Below, piece after piece: positions 1-8,851 of a stretch of DNA of 64,000 nt (positions are counted from its first letter, which is position 1; the number at the start of each line of letters is the position of its first letter). This DNA is from a virus, in IMG/VR virus record IMGVR_UViG_3300046808_001301; one strand, given 5' to 3'. The notes under the pieces were generated by a model that was given only the letters and a program-made list of their open reading frames with translations, was not told the origin of the DNA and searched no databases. Made by a program: the position numbers and the translations under genes.

Positions 1-2
1 AG

Positions 3-1010
3 TTAAACCAAGAGTTATTAGTAGAAACGTTTTTTTCTTACTGCAAAAGACCATTATACAAACGTTATCAAAACGTATATAATGCGGAGTGTCCTGTATG
101 CAAAGAAGGCAAATCAGCAGGCAGGTCCAGACGACTGTTTTACTTCCCGCATAAAGATTATCTTTATTGTCACAATTGTGTAAAATCCTGGAGATCGTTT
201 GAATGGGTTAAAGAAGTTACTGGGTGGACGTTTCCTGAAATCATTAAAAAGAACGAAGAAAAAAACAACTCTTCTACAATAAAACAAACCACCATCCCAA
301 TAGAACAGCCAAAGCTAATTATTGAAATTCCGGACTTGCCTGAGAACTCGATTGATTTGACAGACGAAAAACAGTTGGAATTTTATAAAGACAACAAATT
401 TGTAAAATTGGCTTTGGAATATTGTCAAACCAGACGTTTGTTTACAGCTACAAACAGTTGCAAAACGTTTTATTTGTCTTTAGAAGACAAAGTGCATAAG
501 AATCGATTGGTTATTCCGTTTCTTAATACTAACAACAAAGTACAGTGCTACCAGACACGAGCGTTGACATCAAATCAGTTTCCTAAATACTTGACCAAGT
601 TTGGTGAAAAGGAGCTCTTTGGCATTAACAATATCGATTGCGCTATACCGTATGTTTTCATTTTTGAGGGACCAATCGATTCGATGTTTGTTAAGAACGG
701 AGTTGCTATGGCCTCATTGTCTCCAACAGAACATCAACTCCAGCAGCTTAATAATTTAATTGGGTATGAACAGATATGGGTGTTTGACAACGACAAAAAC
801 AACAAACAAACTGCTAGCAAGATTGCTAAGCATGTTGACAGCGGCAAGCGTATCTTTATATGGCCAAAAGAATTTTCAAAGTTTAAAGACTTTAATGAAA
901 TTTGCTGTAGCTTAGAAACTGATGAAATTCCGTGGAAGTTTGTTGTTAAAAATTCCGTGCAAGGAATGGAAGCAAAAATAAAATTTAAGTTAGCGCTTAC
1001 CGCCAACTGA
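3..1010 (+). CDS. 61: DNA primase (T4 gp61-like), 5'-truncated by the window edge
   Basis: The frame is open from position 3, upstream of the listed 336 start, and encodes a zinc-binding domain (ECPVC...YCHNC). TOPRIM motifs follow: FEGPIDSMF and VFDND. Confidence 0.92.
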   Translation, partial: LNQELLVETFFSYCKRPLYKRYQNVYNAECPVCKEGKSAGRSRRLFYFPHKDYLYCHNCVKSWRSFEWVKEVTGWTFPEIIKKNEEKNNSSTIKQTTIPIEQPKLIIEIPDLPENSIDLTDEKQLEFYKDNKFVKLALEYCQTRRLFTATNSCKTFYLSLEDKVHKNRLVIPFLNTNNKVQCYQTRALTSNQFPKYLTKFGEKELFGINNIDCAIPYVFIFEGPIDSMFVKNGVAMASLSPTEHQLQQLNNLIGYEQIWVFDNDKNNKQTASKIAKHVDSGKRIFIWPKEFSKFKDFNEICCSLETDEIPWKFVVKNSVQGMEAKIKFKLALTAN

Positions 1011-2897
1011 AGGTCCACCAAGAGCGGCTAAAGATTTAGCAAAACTTGTAGCTCCTGATAAAGCTTTGTCCCAGTCGAACGACCCTCTAATAAAATTAGC
1101 AAAGTCTTCTAATAATCCATACAACCGTTTGGCGTCATCGTTTTTGTCTTTATACTTCTGTATGTCACTTACGGTGTATTTCCCTTCGATAAACGATTCA
1201 TCTGTTCCTTCAGAGGACTCTGGAGTTGGAGTCTCTTCAGAAGGCTTAGCGGAAGGCTCAACAGGAACCTCAACAGGCTTTTGTTCAATATAAGGATTAG
1301 ATGCAAATTTTCTAGCGACATCTTTAATCATGTCCTCGTGCTCCTGTGCTTTTACATACTCCTGTTCTACGTTTTCTCTGTATTTTGACAAAGATTCTTT
1401 GCTCGGAACGGTATTATTAGATTTAGGAGTTTCAGAAGAAGCGTTTGTTACAATTAAAGCGTCTTTGCTCCATTCTAAGCTGTTTGTTATAAACTTTTCA
1501 TATAATCCAAGCATTTCTGGACTTTGGAGATTCGGCATTATATCTTTTGTTGGTTGATCGGATTGAGGACCAGTGGTTGGCTGTTGTGGCTTGTCAGTTA
1601 ACTGTCCTTGAGCAGAAGGATTAAGCAAGTTGTCAATTTCTTCATCGGTTAAATCCGGAAATACTTTCTTTTTTCGTCCTTCTCCCCAACCGACCAATGA
1701 AAACATTTTAGCTAGAGCCAAAGGACCATAAGCTCTAAATACCTCCTTTTGATCGGTTAAATCTTTAATGACATAAGTTACAGGGTGCTGATTTTCAGTA
1801 TATTCGAAGGTAAAAGTATGCACTCCTTTGTTAGAAATTTCTATGTCAACTCTAGGTATGTCTCTAGAAGAAGCTTCCGTTAACGACTGAAATAGTTCTT
1901 CATATATTTCCTCAAAGCTTAATTTTTCTGCTAAAAGTCCTGGACGAACTTCAATTTTGGGATCAAATAATTTTTTTCTAATTACCTTTTCTCTAAATTG
2001 TTGATCAAAAAGAGCTCTTGTTGCTACAGCGATTGCTAAAATTCTGGCAGGAATGTCGGACCCATAAATTGCTGACATTTTAATATCAGGATATGGAACG
2101 GTTCCTGATGTATAATTTTCTGGATGCAAAATTATATTGCGCACAAACGCTGGCGTCTTTTTTGTGGACGGCTGAAACGTTTCTGGTTTTAGTTTTCGCA
2201 AACCAACAGAAGCTTTTTGTTTTAGCAATTCGTTTATTACGTTTTCAATGCTGACAGTTTTGTATGCATCAAGTTTTAATTTTCCTATATCTAGCTTAGC
2301 GCCTAGTTTCATGTAGGCCTCTTTGACAGAAATAGCCCATGGATCTACTGCTCGATAATCTAAAGGATATTGAATTTTGGATTTTTTTAAACGCTCTATA
2401 AACGAGTCGTAGGCTTTTTCGGCGTTTGCTTCTTTATCTTTTGGGTCCGGTTTTTTTCCTGGAGAGGTAGCAATTGGTTCTAAATATGATTGTTTTACCA
2501 TTGCAGCTAAATCAATCAACGGATAAGCATATTGAAAATTGGGTACTTGATTAGGATCTTTAGTGGACCGCACCGAGTTTTTGCTCACCGTGTATACAAT
2601 AGTATCAAACTCAGCTTCTGGAAATACACTTACGCCCAAATGTTTGAAAAGTACGTCATATGTAGTTTTAAGTTCCCCTTTCTTTTTAGCTAAAAAGGTT
2701 TTTACGTTTGTGGCTACTACTTCATCATCTTCTGTAGTTGCTGTTTCTGTAGAAGACGGAGTAGTAGGAGCGGCCGCCGCAGCGGCTGGTGCAGCAGTTG
2801 CTGGAGACGTTGAGGCCATCGGAGCAAGAGCAGCAACCGCTCCTCCTGATGGGTCCGCTTCACATAACAACGTTGCAACTAACTTTTCAAAATCCAT
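990..2897 (-). CDS. Large hypothetical protein, probable virion internal/ejected protein
   Basis: Likely start is MDFEKLVATLLCEA at 2897, 8 nt after a minus-strand TAAATA. It has Ala/Thr/Pro-rich linkers and a capsid-targeting-like N-terminus. Confidence 0.6.
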   Translation of the reverse strand: MDFEKLVATLLCEADPSGGAVAALAPMASTSPATAAPAAAAAAPTTPSSTETATTEDDEVVATNVKTFLAKKKGELKTTYDVLFKHLGVSVFPEAEFDTIVYTVSKNSVRSTKDPNQVPNFQYAYPLIDLAAMVKQSYLEPIATSPGKKPDPKDKEANAEKAYDSFIERLKKSKIQYPLDYRAVDPWAISVKEAYMKLGAKLDIGKLKLDAYKTVSIENVINELLKQKASVGLRKLKPETFQPSTKKTPAFVRNIILHPENYTSGTVPYPDIKMSAIYGSDIPARILAIAVATRALFDQQFREKVIRKKLFDPKIEVRPGLLAEKLSFEEIYEELFQSLTEASSRDIPRVDIEISNKGVHTFTFEYTENQHPVTYVIKDLTDQKEVFRAYGPLALAKMFSLVGWGEGRKKKVFPDLTDEEIDNLLNPSAQGQLTDKPQQPTTGPQSDQPTKDIMPNLQSPEMLGLYEKFITNSLEWSKDALIVTNASSETPKSNNTVPSKESLSKYRENVEQEYVKAQEHEDMIKDVARKFASNPYIEQKPVEVPVEPSAKPSEETPTPESSEGTDESFIEGKYTVSDIQKYKDKNDDAKRLYGLLEDFANFIRGSFDWDKALSGATSFAKSLAALGGPSVGGKR

Positions 2898-2956
2898 TGT
2901 TATTGTATTTAATCCAAAAATTTGAAAAAAATATCTCAAAACGCTTAAATAATAAC

Positions 2957-3250
2957 ATGACAAACGCGTTTGATAAATTATGTGAGACAATTATGAGCAA
3001 TACTCAGCAGCAAAAGCCTGCTCCAAACGCTCAGGGAACAACGCCGCAAACCACACCGGCTCCTCAACAGCAAAATCAACAACAGAATCAACAACAGGCT
3101 CCTCAGCAACAGAATCAACAACAGCCCCAAATGAAGGATGAGGATTTGCTGAACGTGTTACAACAAAAAATGAATGATCAAAAATTTCGCGATCAATTCA
3201 TGAAAATGTTGAACTTAAATCAACAAAATGCCTCCGCAAAGCCAGTCTAA
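2957..3250 (+). CDS. Gln-rich small protein, probable virion protein
   Basis: ATG 2957 lies 5 nt after TAAATA (2946-2951). Sequence begins MTNAFDKLCE and has poly-Q tracts. Confidence 0.65.
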   Translation: MTNAFDKLCETIMSNTQQQKPAPNAQGTTPQTTPAPQQQNQQQNQQQAPQQQNQQQPQMKDEDLLNVLQQKMNDQKFRDQFMKMLNLNQQNASAKPV

Positions 3251-3845
3251 GCAACGACAAAGTCGATGCTCTTATTGTGGCTCCACTAACAGAGGAAAAG
3301 GTTGTAGGTATGCTCCTCACGGAGTTCACATTCACGTAGATGATTCCACAAAATGCTCTTATTGTGGTTCTACTGCTTATGGTAGAGGATGCAAGTTAAA
3401 TCCTACTAGTGATTTGCATATAAGAGGAGCTGTTTTTAATTCGATGTTAAAAGAATCGGTACAAGATTTTATGGATAGTGAATTTTTATTGAGACAGTTA
3501 AGAAAAGATTTTACAACACTTCGGTGTTACGAGCTCGGTGTTATTGACGAAAACGGCAACAAACTGAGACAACCTATTACTGAACAAGAACAAGCTTCAT
3601 TTACTCCTCTTGTTAAAACTATTATTAAGCTCAAAAAGTACTTGGGGTCTAAAGTAGATTTGCTTGAAGCGTCTACTGCTTTGGAGGGACAAACATTCCA
3701 AACAGAAGATATAGAAAAATACAAGAAGCTTATTGAGCACAGAGAAAAAATTGACGAAGCTGTTGAAAATATTTTCAAACTTTTGGACGAAGCGGTGTCC
3801 GATGGCCTAACTCTCGAAGAAGTCAAAAAATTAATTAAGTCTTGA
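3228..3845 (+). CDS. Hypothetical protein with tandem CSYCGST zinc-finger repeats
   Basis: Two CSYCGSTxxGxGC...H repeats, followed by a YELGVIDENGN segment typical of T4-like phage hypotheticals. Confidence 0.7.
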   Translation: MPPQSQSKQRQSRCSYCGSTNRGKGCRYAPHGVHIHVDDSTKCSYCGSTAYGRGCKLNPTSDLHIRGAVFNSMLKESVQDFMDSEFLLRQLRKDFTTLRCYELGVIDENGNKLRQPITEQEQASFTPLVKTIIKLKKYLGSKVDLLEASTALEGQTFQTEDIEKYKKLIEHREKIDEAVENIFKLLDEAVSDGLTLEEVKKLIKS

Positions 3846-3869
3846 CATAGCATATTATTATAGTATTCT
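3842..3869 (+). promoter_or_regulatory. Sigma70-type early/middle promoter TTGACA-N16-TATTCT
   Basis: Consensus boxes; ATG 3876 is 6 nt downstream of the -10 box. Confidence 0.7.
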
Positions 3870-3875
3870 CAGTGC

Positions 3876-4151
3876 ATGTCCAATATAAACATTGCACTAA
3901 GCGAAAGGGAACTTAACACAGCAATTTCTGGATTGCTTTTTTCATGTTCCGTAAACGTCGTATCAAACACCTCTCTTGAGCGTCAAACAGAATTGCTGCA
4001 GTTGGCAAAAAAGCTTAAGGAAGCAAAACCTGATATTAAGCTTACTGACATTGAATTTGTTGAAGAGGATGATTACGAAGATGAAGTTTCTTCTTTACTT
4101 TTAGAATCTTTCAAGGATAATTTAGAAATTACAACATTTGATCACGTATAA
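3876..4151 (+). CDS. Hypothetical acidic protein
   Basis: ORF directly after the promoter. Confidence 0.7.
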   Translation: MSNINIALSERELNTAISGLLFSCSVNVVSNTSLERQTELLQLAKKLKEAKPDIKLTDIEFVEEDDYEDEVSSLLLESFKDNLEITTFDHV

Positions 4152-4156
4152 TTTTT

Positions 4157-4264
4157 ATGAGCAAGAAAACTACCAATCGCCAAGTCAAAACAATTAAAAG
4201 CGGAAATGTAACAATTAGAAAGACTGTTACTGTGACTAAGACTATTAAATCTCGTAAGAAGTAA
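4157..4264 (+). CDS. Small basic 35-aa protein (MSKKTTNRQVKTIKSGNVTIRKTVTVTKTIKSRKK)
   Basis: Fills the gap exactly. Its TAA overlaps the queD ATG (TAATG), consistent with translational coupling. Confidence 0.55.
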   Translation: MSKKTTNRQVKTIKSGNVTIRKTVTVTKTIKSRKK

Positions 4265-4728
4265 TGAGCTACGTTTCTACAAAAATTATTGAACTAGGTT
4301 CGTGCGCATTTCGTCAACCAAATGCTGCATTCGATAGACCAGGAGCTGGAGTCAATTCTAAAAGATGTAGTTTTGTGCATGGATACAAACTTCAAGCAAA
4401 GTTTTGGTTTGAGTGCAGCAATCTAGATGATAAAAACTGGGTTGTAGATTTTGGAGGCCTCGGTAATCTCAAATTGATGCTTCAACATCAATTCGATCAC
4501 ACTTTAACAATTGATAAAGCTGATCCTTTACTTCCTTTATTCGAGGAACTCCATAAACAAGGAGGTTGCGACCTTCGAGTAATGGATGGAGTTGGTATAG
4601 AAAAAGTTGCTGAATGGTGCTTCAAACTAGCCAAGCAACATATACAAGAAATTACAAATAACCGCTGTTGGGTTTCCAAGGTGGAAGTATGGGAACACGA
4701 CAAAAATAGTGCAATTTACACAGAATAA
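4264..4728 (+). CDS. queD: 6-carboxy-5,6,7,8-tetrahydropterin synthase QueD
   Basis: C-x3-HGY (RCSFVHGY), WVVDFG, FDHT and VEVWE motifs. Confidence 0.92.
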   Translation: MSYVSTKIIELGSCAFRQPNAAFDRPGAGVNSKRCSFVHGYKLQAKFWFECSNLDDKNWVVDFGGLGNLKLMLQHQFDHTLTIDKADPLLPLFEELHKQGGCDLRVMDGVGIEKVAEWCFKLAKQHIQEITNNRCWVSKVEVWEHDKNSAIYTE

Positions 4729-4735
4729 AAAATTT

Positions 4736-5500
4736 ATGAACGACATCAATATTGAAAAGGAAACGTTGTTCTTATCAGACGATAAGATATTTTACACAGT
4801 TGAAGGAGAAGGAGAGTATATTGGCCAGCCATCAGTCTTTATGCGCATGTCTATGTGCAATCTTACTTGTAAAGGGTTTGCTTCTGAAGATAGTCCAAAC
4901 GGTTGCGATTCTTTTATTTCTTGGTCAATAAAAAATAAAATGACTTTCAAAGAAATATTTGAAATGATGGAGGAAAAGAACTACGTTGAGCATCTTCGCA
5001 ATAGAGCTATTTTTAAATTAACTGGAGGTGAGCCTTTGATTCAAGAAAAACAACTTCTTAAATTTATGGAAGCGTTTAATGACCGATATGGGTTTAATCC
5101 TCGTATCGATTTCGAAACAAATGCTACTCTTGTTCCAAATGAGCGTTGGATTACAGATTTTTGCGCTACATTTACTACATCACCAAAACTTACTACAAAC
5201 GGAGATCCAGAAGAAAAAACATACAAGCCTGACGTACTGAAATGGCACGTTGCTCACAATTCAGGGTTTAAATTTGTCATTAGTTCAGATTACGACATTG
5301 AAGAAATTTGGAAAAAGTATGTAGATGATTATGAAGGAGTCAACGTGCATCTTCATAGAGTTTGGTTTATGCCTTGTTGCGGATCCAGACAAGAACACAT
5401 TGAAAGAGCTCCTGCTGTTGCTGAATACGCAAAAGCTATGCATGTAAATTTTAGTCCGAGACTTCATTTGCTAGTTTGGGACAAAGCATTGAAAGTATAA
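4736..5500 (+). CDS. queE: 7-carboxy-7-deazaguanine synthase QueE (radical SAM)
   Basis: FYTVEGEG...G.PSVFMR, CNLTC...CDS, LTGGEP, ETN, SPK and SPRLH motifs; adjacent to queD. Confidence 0.92.
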   Translation: MNDINIEKETLFLSDDKIFYTVEGEGEYIGQPSVFMRMSMCNLTCKGFASEDSPNGCDSFISWSIKNKMTFKEIFEMMEEKNYVEHLRNRAIFKLTGGEPLIQEKQLLKFMEAFNDRYGFNPRIDFETNATLVPNERWITDFCATFTTSPKLTTNGDPEEKTYKPDVLKWHVAHNSGFKFVISSDYDIEEIWKKYVDDYEGVNVHLHRVWFMPCCGSRQEHIERAPAVAEYAKAMHVNFSPRLHLLVWDKALKV

Positions 5501-5522
5501 AAATACACTATAATTAAAGACC

Positions 5523-6179
5523 ATGCGCATCGCTTTTATTGGTCCTCAAAATTCTGGCAAAACCACTTTAATCAATCAATTTATTGAGCAATGGCCTATG
5601 TACAAACGGCCGGAAAAAACGTACAGAGACATAATCAAAGAAAAGAATTTACCAATCAATAAAAGCGGAACGCCTGAGTCTCAAAAAGAAATTCTTAATG
5701 CCTTAGTGGATGAAGTACAACAAGCTGTTGCCACAGGCGACAAATACTTAGTGTTCGATAGATGTGTCGTAGATAATATTGCTTATACTCTTTGGCATTA
5801 CGCAAAAGATACGCCCGGGTTTACTACTGAGTTTGTTATTGATTCAAAAACAATTGCAGCTATTGGTCTGAAGTATATAGATGTAATATTTTATGTGCCT
5901 TCTAGAAAAGAAATTCCAGTAGAAGAAAAAGAAGGCAGAGAAACAGACGAAGTATATAGAGAAGAAATTAACAACTTGTTTGAATCTCTCGTTGCTTCAT
6001 ATGAAAAAAATACTGGAGCTTTCTTTCCAAAAGAAGATTGTCCCGCTGTAATCAAATTAGACGGACCACCGGACATGAGATTGCCTCAGATTAAATTGTA
6101 TATCAAAGATAACGGAAACGGATACGGAGAAGAAGACGGTTCGTTAATTGATGCTTCTAACGTAAAATTAGACGAGTGA
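5523..6179 (+). CDS. P-loop nucleotide kinase (AAA_28/NadR-like, dNMP-kinase-like)
   Basis: GPQNSGKTT Walker A and the FDRCVVDNIAY kinase motif. Confidence 0.75.
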   Translation: MRIAFIGPQNSGKTTLINQFIEQWPMYKRPEKTYRDIIKEKNLPINKSGTPESQKEILNALVDEVQQAVATGDKYLVFDRCVVDNIAYTLWHYAKDTPGFTTEFVIDSKTIAAIGLKYIDVIFYVPSRKEIPVEEKEGRETDEVYREEINNLFESLVASYEKNTGAFFPKEDCPAVIKLDGPPDMRLPQIKLYIKDNGNGYGEEDGSLIDASNVKLDE

Positions 6180-6185
6180 CAATTT

Positions 6186-6935
6186 ATGGATAAAAATTTG
6201 CTAATCTGTATAGCTCATCATTATACAGAAAATACTTTTAATTTAGTTTGCAATTTGATTACAAACATTCAAACTACATATACGTGCAAGCATAAGATAG
6301 TTGTTCACGTTAATACGGATTACTGCAAAGAACTGTTGAATAATAAATTTAAAGATTTAGAGGTAATAGTATCCCGCCAATTGGCTCATCCTCACCATCT
6401 TACTTGGCAACACAGACAGTACATGAAGGATAACATACATAATTACGACGCATTTATGTATGTTGAAGACGACATGGTCGTAAACTACGACCAAGTTTGC
6501 AATCACTTAGATCAATTTAATCGGTTGTGGCCAAATTACGTACCCGCTTTCGTTAGATATGAAATAAAAGACGGAACAAATACTAAGTACTCTACTGATC
6601 TTCTTGATAAAATTATCATTAACCGTTCTGATTTGCGTATCGTTGACGGAGTTCCGTTTGTGGAGCACCCTATATACAATGCTTGTTGGTTATGTCCAAA
6701 AGAAGTTTTAATAAATGAAATTAATAAATCTTCTTTTATTAGCGGATCAGAACGGGAAATGGCTGCATTTTTTGTAACTTTGACTTTGGGTAAGCCATGC
6801 TTGATCCAATTAGATAAAGATTCTTACAAATTTTCTGATTTGATACTAATTCATCATTCTTCAAATTTGTATTGTAATCATCAATCAGCATTTGGTAGAC
6901 ATGAAATTGATACAATCTTGTCGATACAAGATTAA
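6186..6935 (+). CDS. Putative GT-A fold glycosyltransferase
   Basis: N-terminal LLICIAHH strand and a YDAFMYVEDD DxD-like motif. Confidence 0.55.
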   Translation: MDKNLLICIAHHYTENTFNLVCNLITNIQTTYTCKHKIVVHVNTDYCKELLNNKFKDLEVIVSRQLAHPHHLTWQHRQYMKDNIHNYDAFMYVEDDMVVNYDQVCNHLDQFNRLWPNYVPAFVRYEIKDGTNTKYSTDLLDKIIINRSDLRIVDGVPFVEHPIYNACWLCPKEVLINEINKSSFISGSEREMAAFFVTLTLGKPCLIQLDKDSYKFSDLILIHHSSNLYCNHQSAFGRHEIDTILSIQD

Positions 6936-7366
6936 ACCGTAAAAGGCAGCGGCTCTTTAACTCTTAATTGAGAAAATAAATTTCCAAATTTTCTAAAAGA
7001 TGGTTGTTTCTTTAAGCTATTTTCCGCGGCAGTTTCTAAGTCCGGAGAATTAAGATCTATTTTTCCACAATAAGGAAGAGGAATTTCATTTAAAATTCTT
7101 TCAAAATATTTGTCGAAAAACAGGCTAATTTTTTTAGATATGTCTTTTTTGGATATACAAATAACCTTAGGATATTGACTCTGGGTATTTTTGTAATCAG
7201 CTTCAATTGCTCTAATGCAATAGTTTGTGATTAGTCTTCTTCCGTCTCCGCTGTTTAAAGGAATGTTGTGTTTAGAAGCAAACGATATTGCTGTTTTTAA
7301 ACCTTTCTGGAAAGAAGGATACATATCTATTACACAAATTCTGGATTTTGGAAAAGTTTTAATCAT
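6932..7366 (-). CDS. Hypothetical protein
   Basis: Coupled in a minus-strand operon by 4-nt overlaps. Confidence 0.6.
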   Translation of the reverse strand: MIKTFPKSRICVIDMYPSFQKGLKTAISFASKHNIPLNSGDGRRLITNYCIRAIEADYKNTQSQYPKVICISKKDISKKISLFFDKYFERILNEIPLPYCGKIDLNSPDLETAAENSLKKQPSFRKFGNLFSQLRVKEPLPFTV

Positions 7367-7779
7367 TGTTTAAGGTTTTTTGGAGGACGTCCTATGCGGA
7401 CGTTCATTACGCCATTGTAAAATCCATCTTTTAATAAAACTTCTTGTTCAATTTGACGTTTGATTTCTTTATACCCCAATTCCCATTTTGATCCACACCA
7501 ATCAACAATAGTAAATGTGAAATTTTCTTTTCCATACTTAGCAATGTCTTCGTTTAGCTCTTTTGAAGAGCCGGTATAGGTCTTCCAATCCGATTCTTTA
7601 TGGTCAATGCGGTTTCTAGTCTTTCCCTTTAATGGTTTTCTTTTGACTCTGGAAACGCATTGTTTTTTCCCTATATATTTTTTGTTTAATGGGACGCACG
7701 TAATTTCGTAAATAAACCCGAATGCATCTGCTTTTGGATCCAGTCCCTCAAACAGTTGCCAATGGCCGAGCTCGTTCAT
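7363..7779 (-). CDS. GIY-YIG (Seg-like) endonuclease
   Basis: FGFIYEIT...KYIGKK, YTGSS, YGKENF and FYNG motifs. Confidence 0.85.
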   Translation of the reverse strand: MNELGHWQLFEGLDPKADAFGFIYEITCVPLNKKYIGKKQCVSRVKRKPLKGKTRNRIDHKESDWKTYTGSSKELNEDIAKYGKENFTFTIVDWCGSKWELGYKEIKRQIEQEVLLKDGFYNGVMNVRIGRPPKNLKQ

Positions 7780-7988
7780 TTCTTCTTGGATTTCTTTTTG
7801 GATTTAAGGCCTCTTCTTGTCAAAACTCCTCCATATAGACTTTTAGGCGTTCTAGCGTCTCCAGGAGCATAATTATCTCCACTAAACGTAGTAGATGTAG
7901 ATTGAACTCCTGAGCCAAGCGCTGATCCAGCTCCGCCAGCAACTGTTGTTTCTGCTAGAATTTCCTCTACGGTTTGTTGAAATTTCAT
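7776..7988 (-). CDS. Small protein, probable virion internal protein
   Basis: Starts MKFQQTVEEILAE with a basic C-terminus; TAAGTA late-type box 5 nt upstream. Confidence 0.6.
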   Translation of the reverse strand: MKFQQTVEEILAETTVAGGAGSALGSGVQSTSTTFSGDNYAPGDARTPKSLYGGVLTRRGLKSKKKSKKK

Positions 7989-8009
7989 AACAATACTTAT
8001 ATGTTTTTG

Positions 8010-8037
8010 TTGACTTTAAAACATCTTTTAGTAAGCT
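8010..8037 (+). promoter_or_regulatory. Promoter TTGACT-N16-TAAGCT driving the non-coding region
   Basis: Same architecture as the other early/middle promoters. The predicted start (~8044) coincides with the first RNA stem. Confidence 0.6.
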
Positions 8038-8043
8038 ACCAAC

Positions 8044-8400
8044 ATCGCTGTTAGAACTAGCCAGAGCGCGTTTGCGTGGGTCTTCGTGGGAAGATAAAAA
8101 ACAGGAGTCAGCGATTAATAAATTAAAAACATTTCTCGAAGTGCGCAATTGCGTGACCGTTGTTTGGCATATTTTGCCAGGACCGCTCAAGCCAGCCCTT
8201 ATAGGACAACCGAGGGGGCATATCAATCACTAGATTTTTTGAAGCTTGTTAACCCGACTGAGACTCGTTTTACACGGAGTATTAAAGATTGGAGGTTTTC
8301 CCTACACCCGGGGGGACCTCCCTCCTTCGATCTGAATAACCGGAGCTTAAAGATCCTTTATATAAGTTATATAATATTGGGGGAGTGAATTTTTTTTATT
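8044..8400 (+). ncRNA. Putative structured non-coding RNA / RNA-primed replication origin upstream of uvsY
   Basis: The only long intergenic, GC-enriched stretch. Stems: ATCGCTG/CAGCGAT, TCTTC/GAAGA, TGGCA/TGCCA, GGAGGT/ACCTCC. It ends in AT-rich TTATATAA x2 and a T-run. Confidence 0.55.
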
Positions 8401-8437
8401 TGTAGATTTTTTGTTTTTATGGATTATTATTTTTGTA

Positions 8438-8851
8438 ATGAGTGAAAAGAATACAAGTGATCTATTTCTCGAATATCACGAAAAGATTGCAGAGTTTTTA
8501 AAATTTGATGAACTTAACCTTAAAGAGTCTCAGCTAACGCTTGCTTCTGTTCGTCACTACTGGGTCGGTCGGTTAATGTTTCATAAACGAGAAATAGGTA
8601 AATGCAAAAAGATCAAGGATCTCGCAGGAAAAAAATTAAGACATAAGCTTGAAACCGAATCTCCTGTTGGACTTAGTGCTAAAACAATTCATGAATCAAT
8701 AGCTTCTCACGAGGTTATTCAAAAAATTGACGAAGAAATAGCAAATCATGAATTCATTGTAGAATATCTAACTAAAGTAGAAGCAAATTTTAGAGATGCT
8801 CAATACGGAATGACTAATTTAGCTAAAATTATAACACTCGAAACAACCTAA
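8438..8851 (+). CDS. uvsY: Recombination mediator UvsY
   Basis: ~137-aa helical protein immediately upstream of UvsW, matching T4-like synteny. Likely start is MSEKN. Confidence 0.7.
   Translation: MSEKNTSDLFLEYHEKIAEFLKFDELNLKESQLTLASVRHYWVGRLMFHKREIGKCKKIKDLAGKKLRHKLETESPVGLSAKTIHESIASHEVIQKIDEEIANHEFIVEYLTKVEANFRDAQYGMTNLAKIITLETT

Noticed and set aside
2563-2990. Listed starts at 2789 (+) and 2990 (-) and ORF 2563-2925
   Set aside because: They overlap each other. Late boxes support starts at 2957 (+) and 2897 (-).
7882-8388. ORFs 7882-8226 (-) and 8149-8388 (+)
   Set aside because: Atypical composition, non-ATG or unsupported starts, and they overlap a hairpin-rich region better explained as non-coding.
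8044-8400. tRNA, tmRNA, RNase P or group I intron identity for the structured region
   Set aside because: No cloverleaf/TTC loop with CCA end, no tmRNA acceptor ends, no RNase P GAGGAAAGTCC, no recognisable P7 core, and no interrupted gene.
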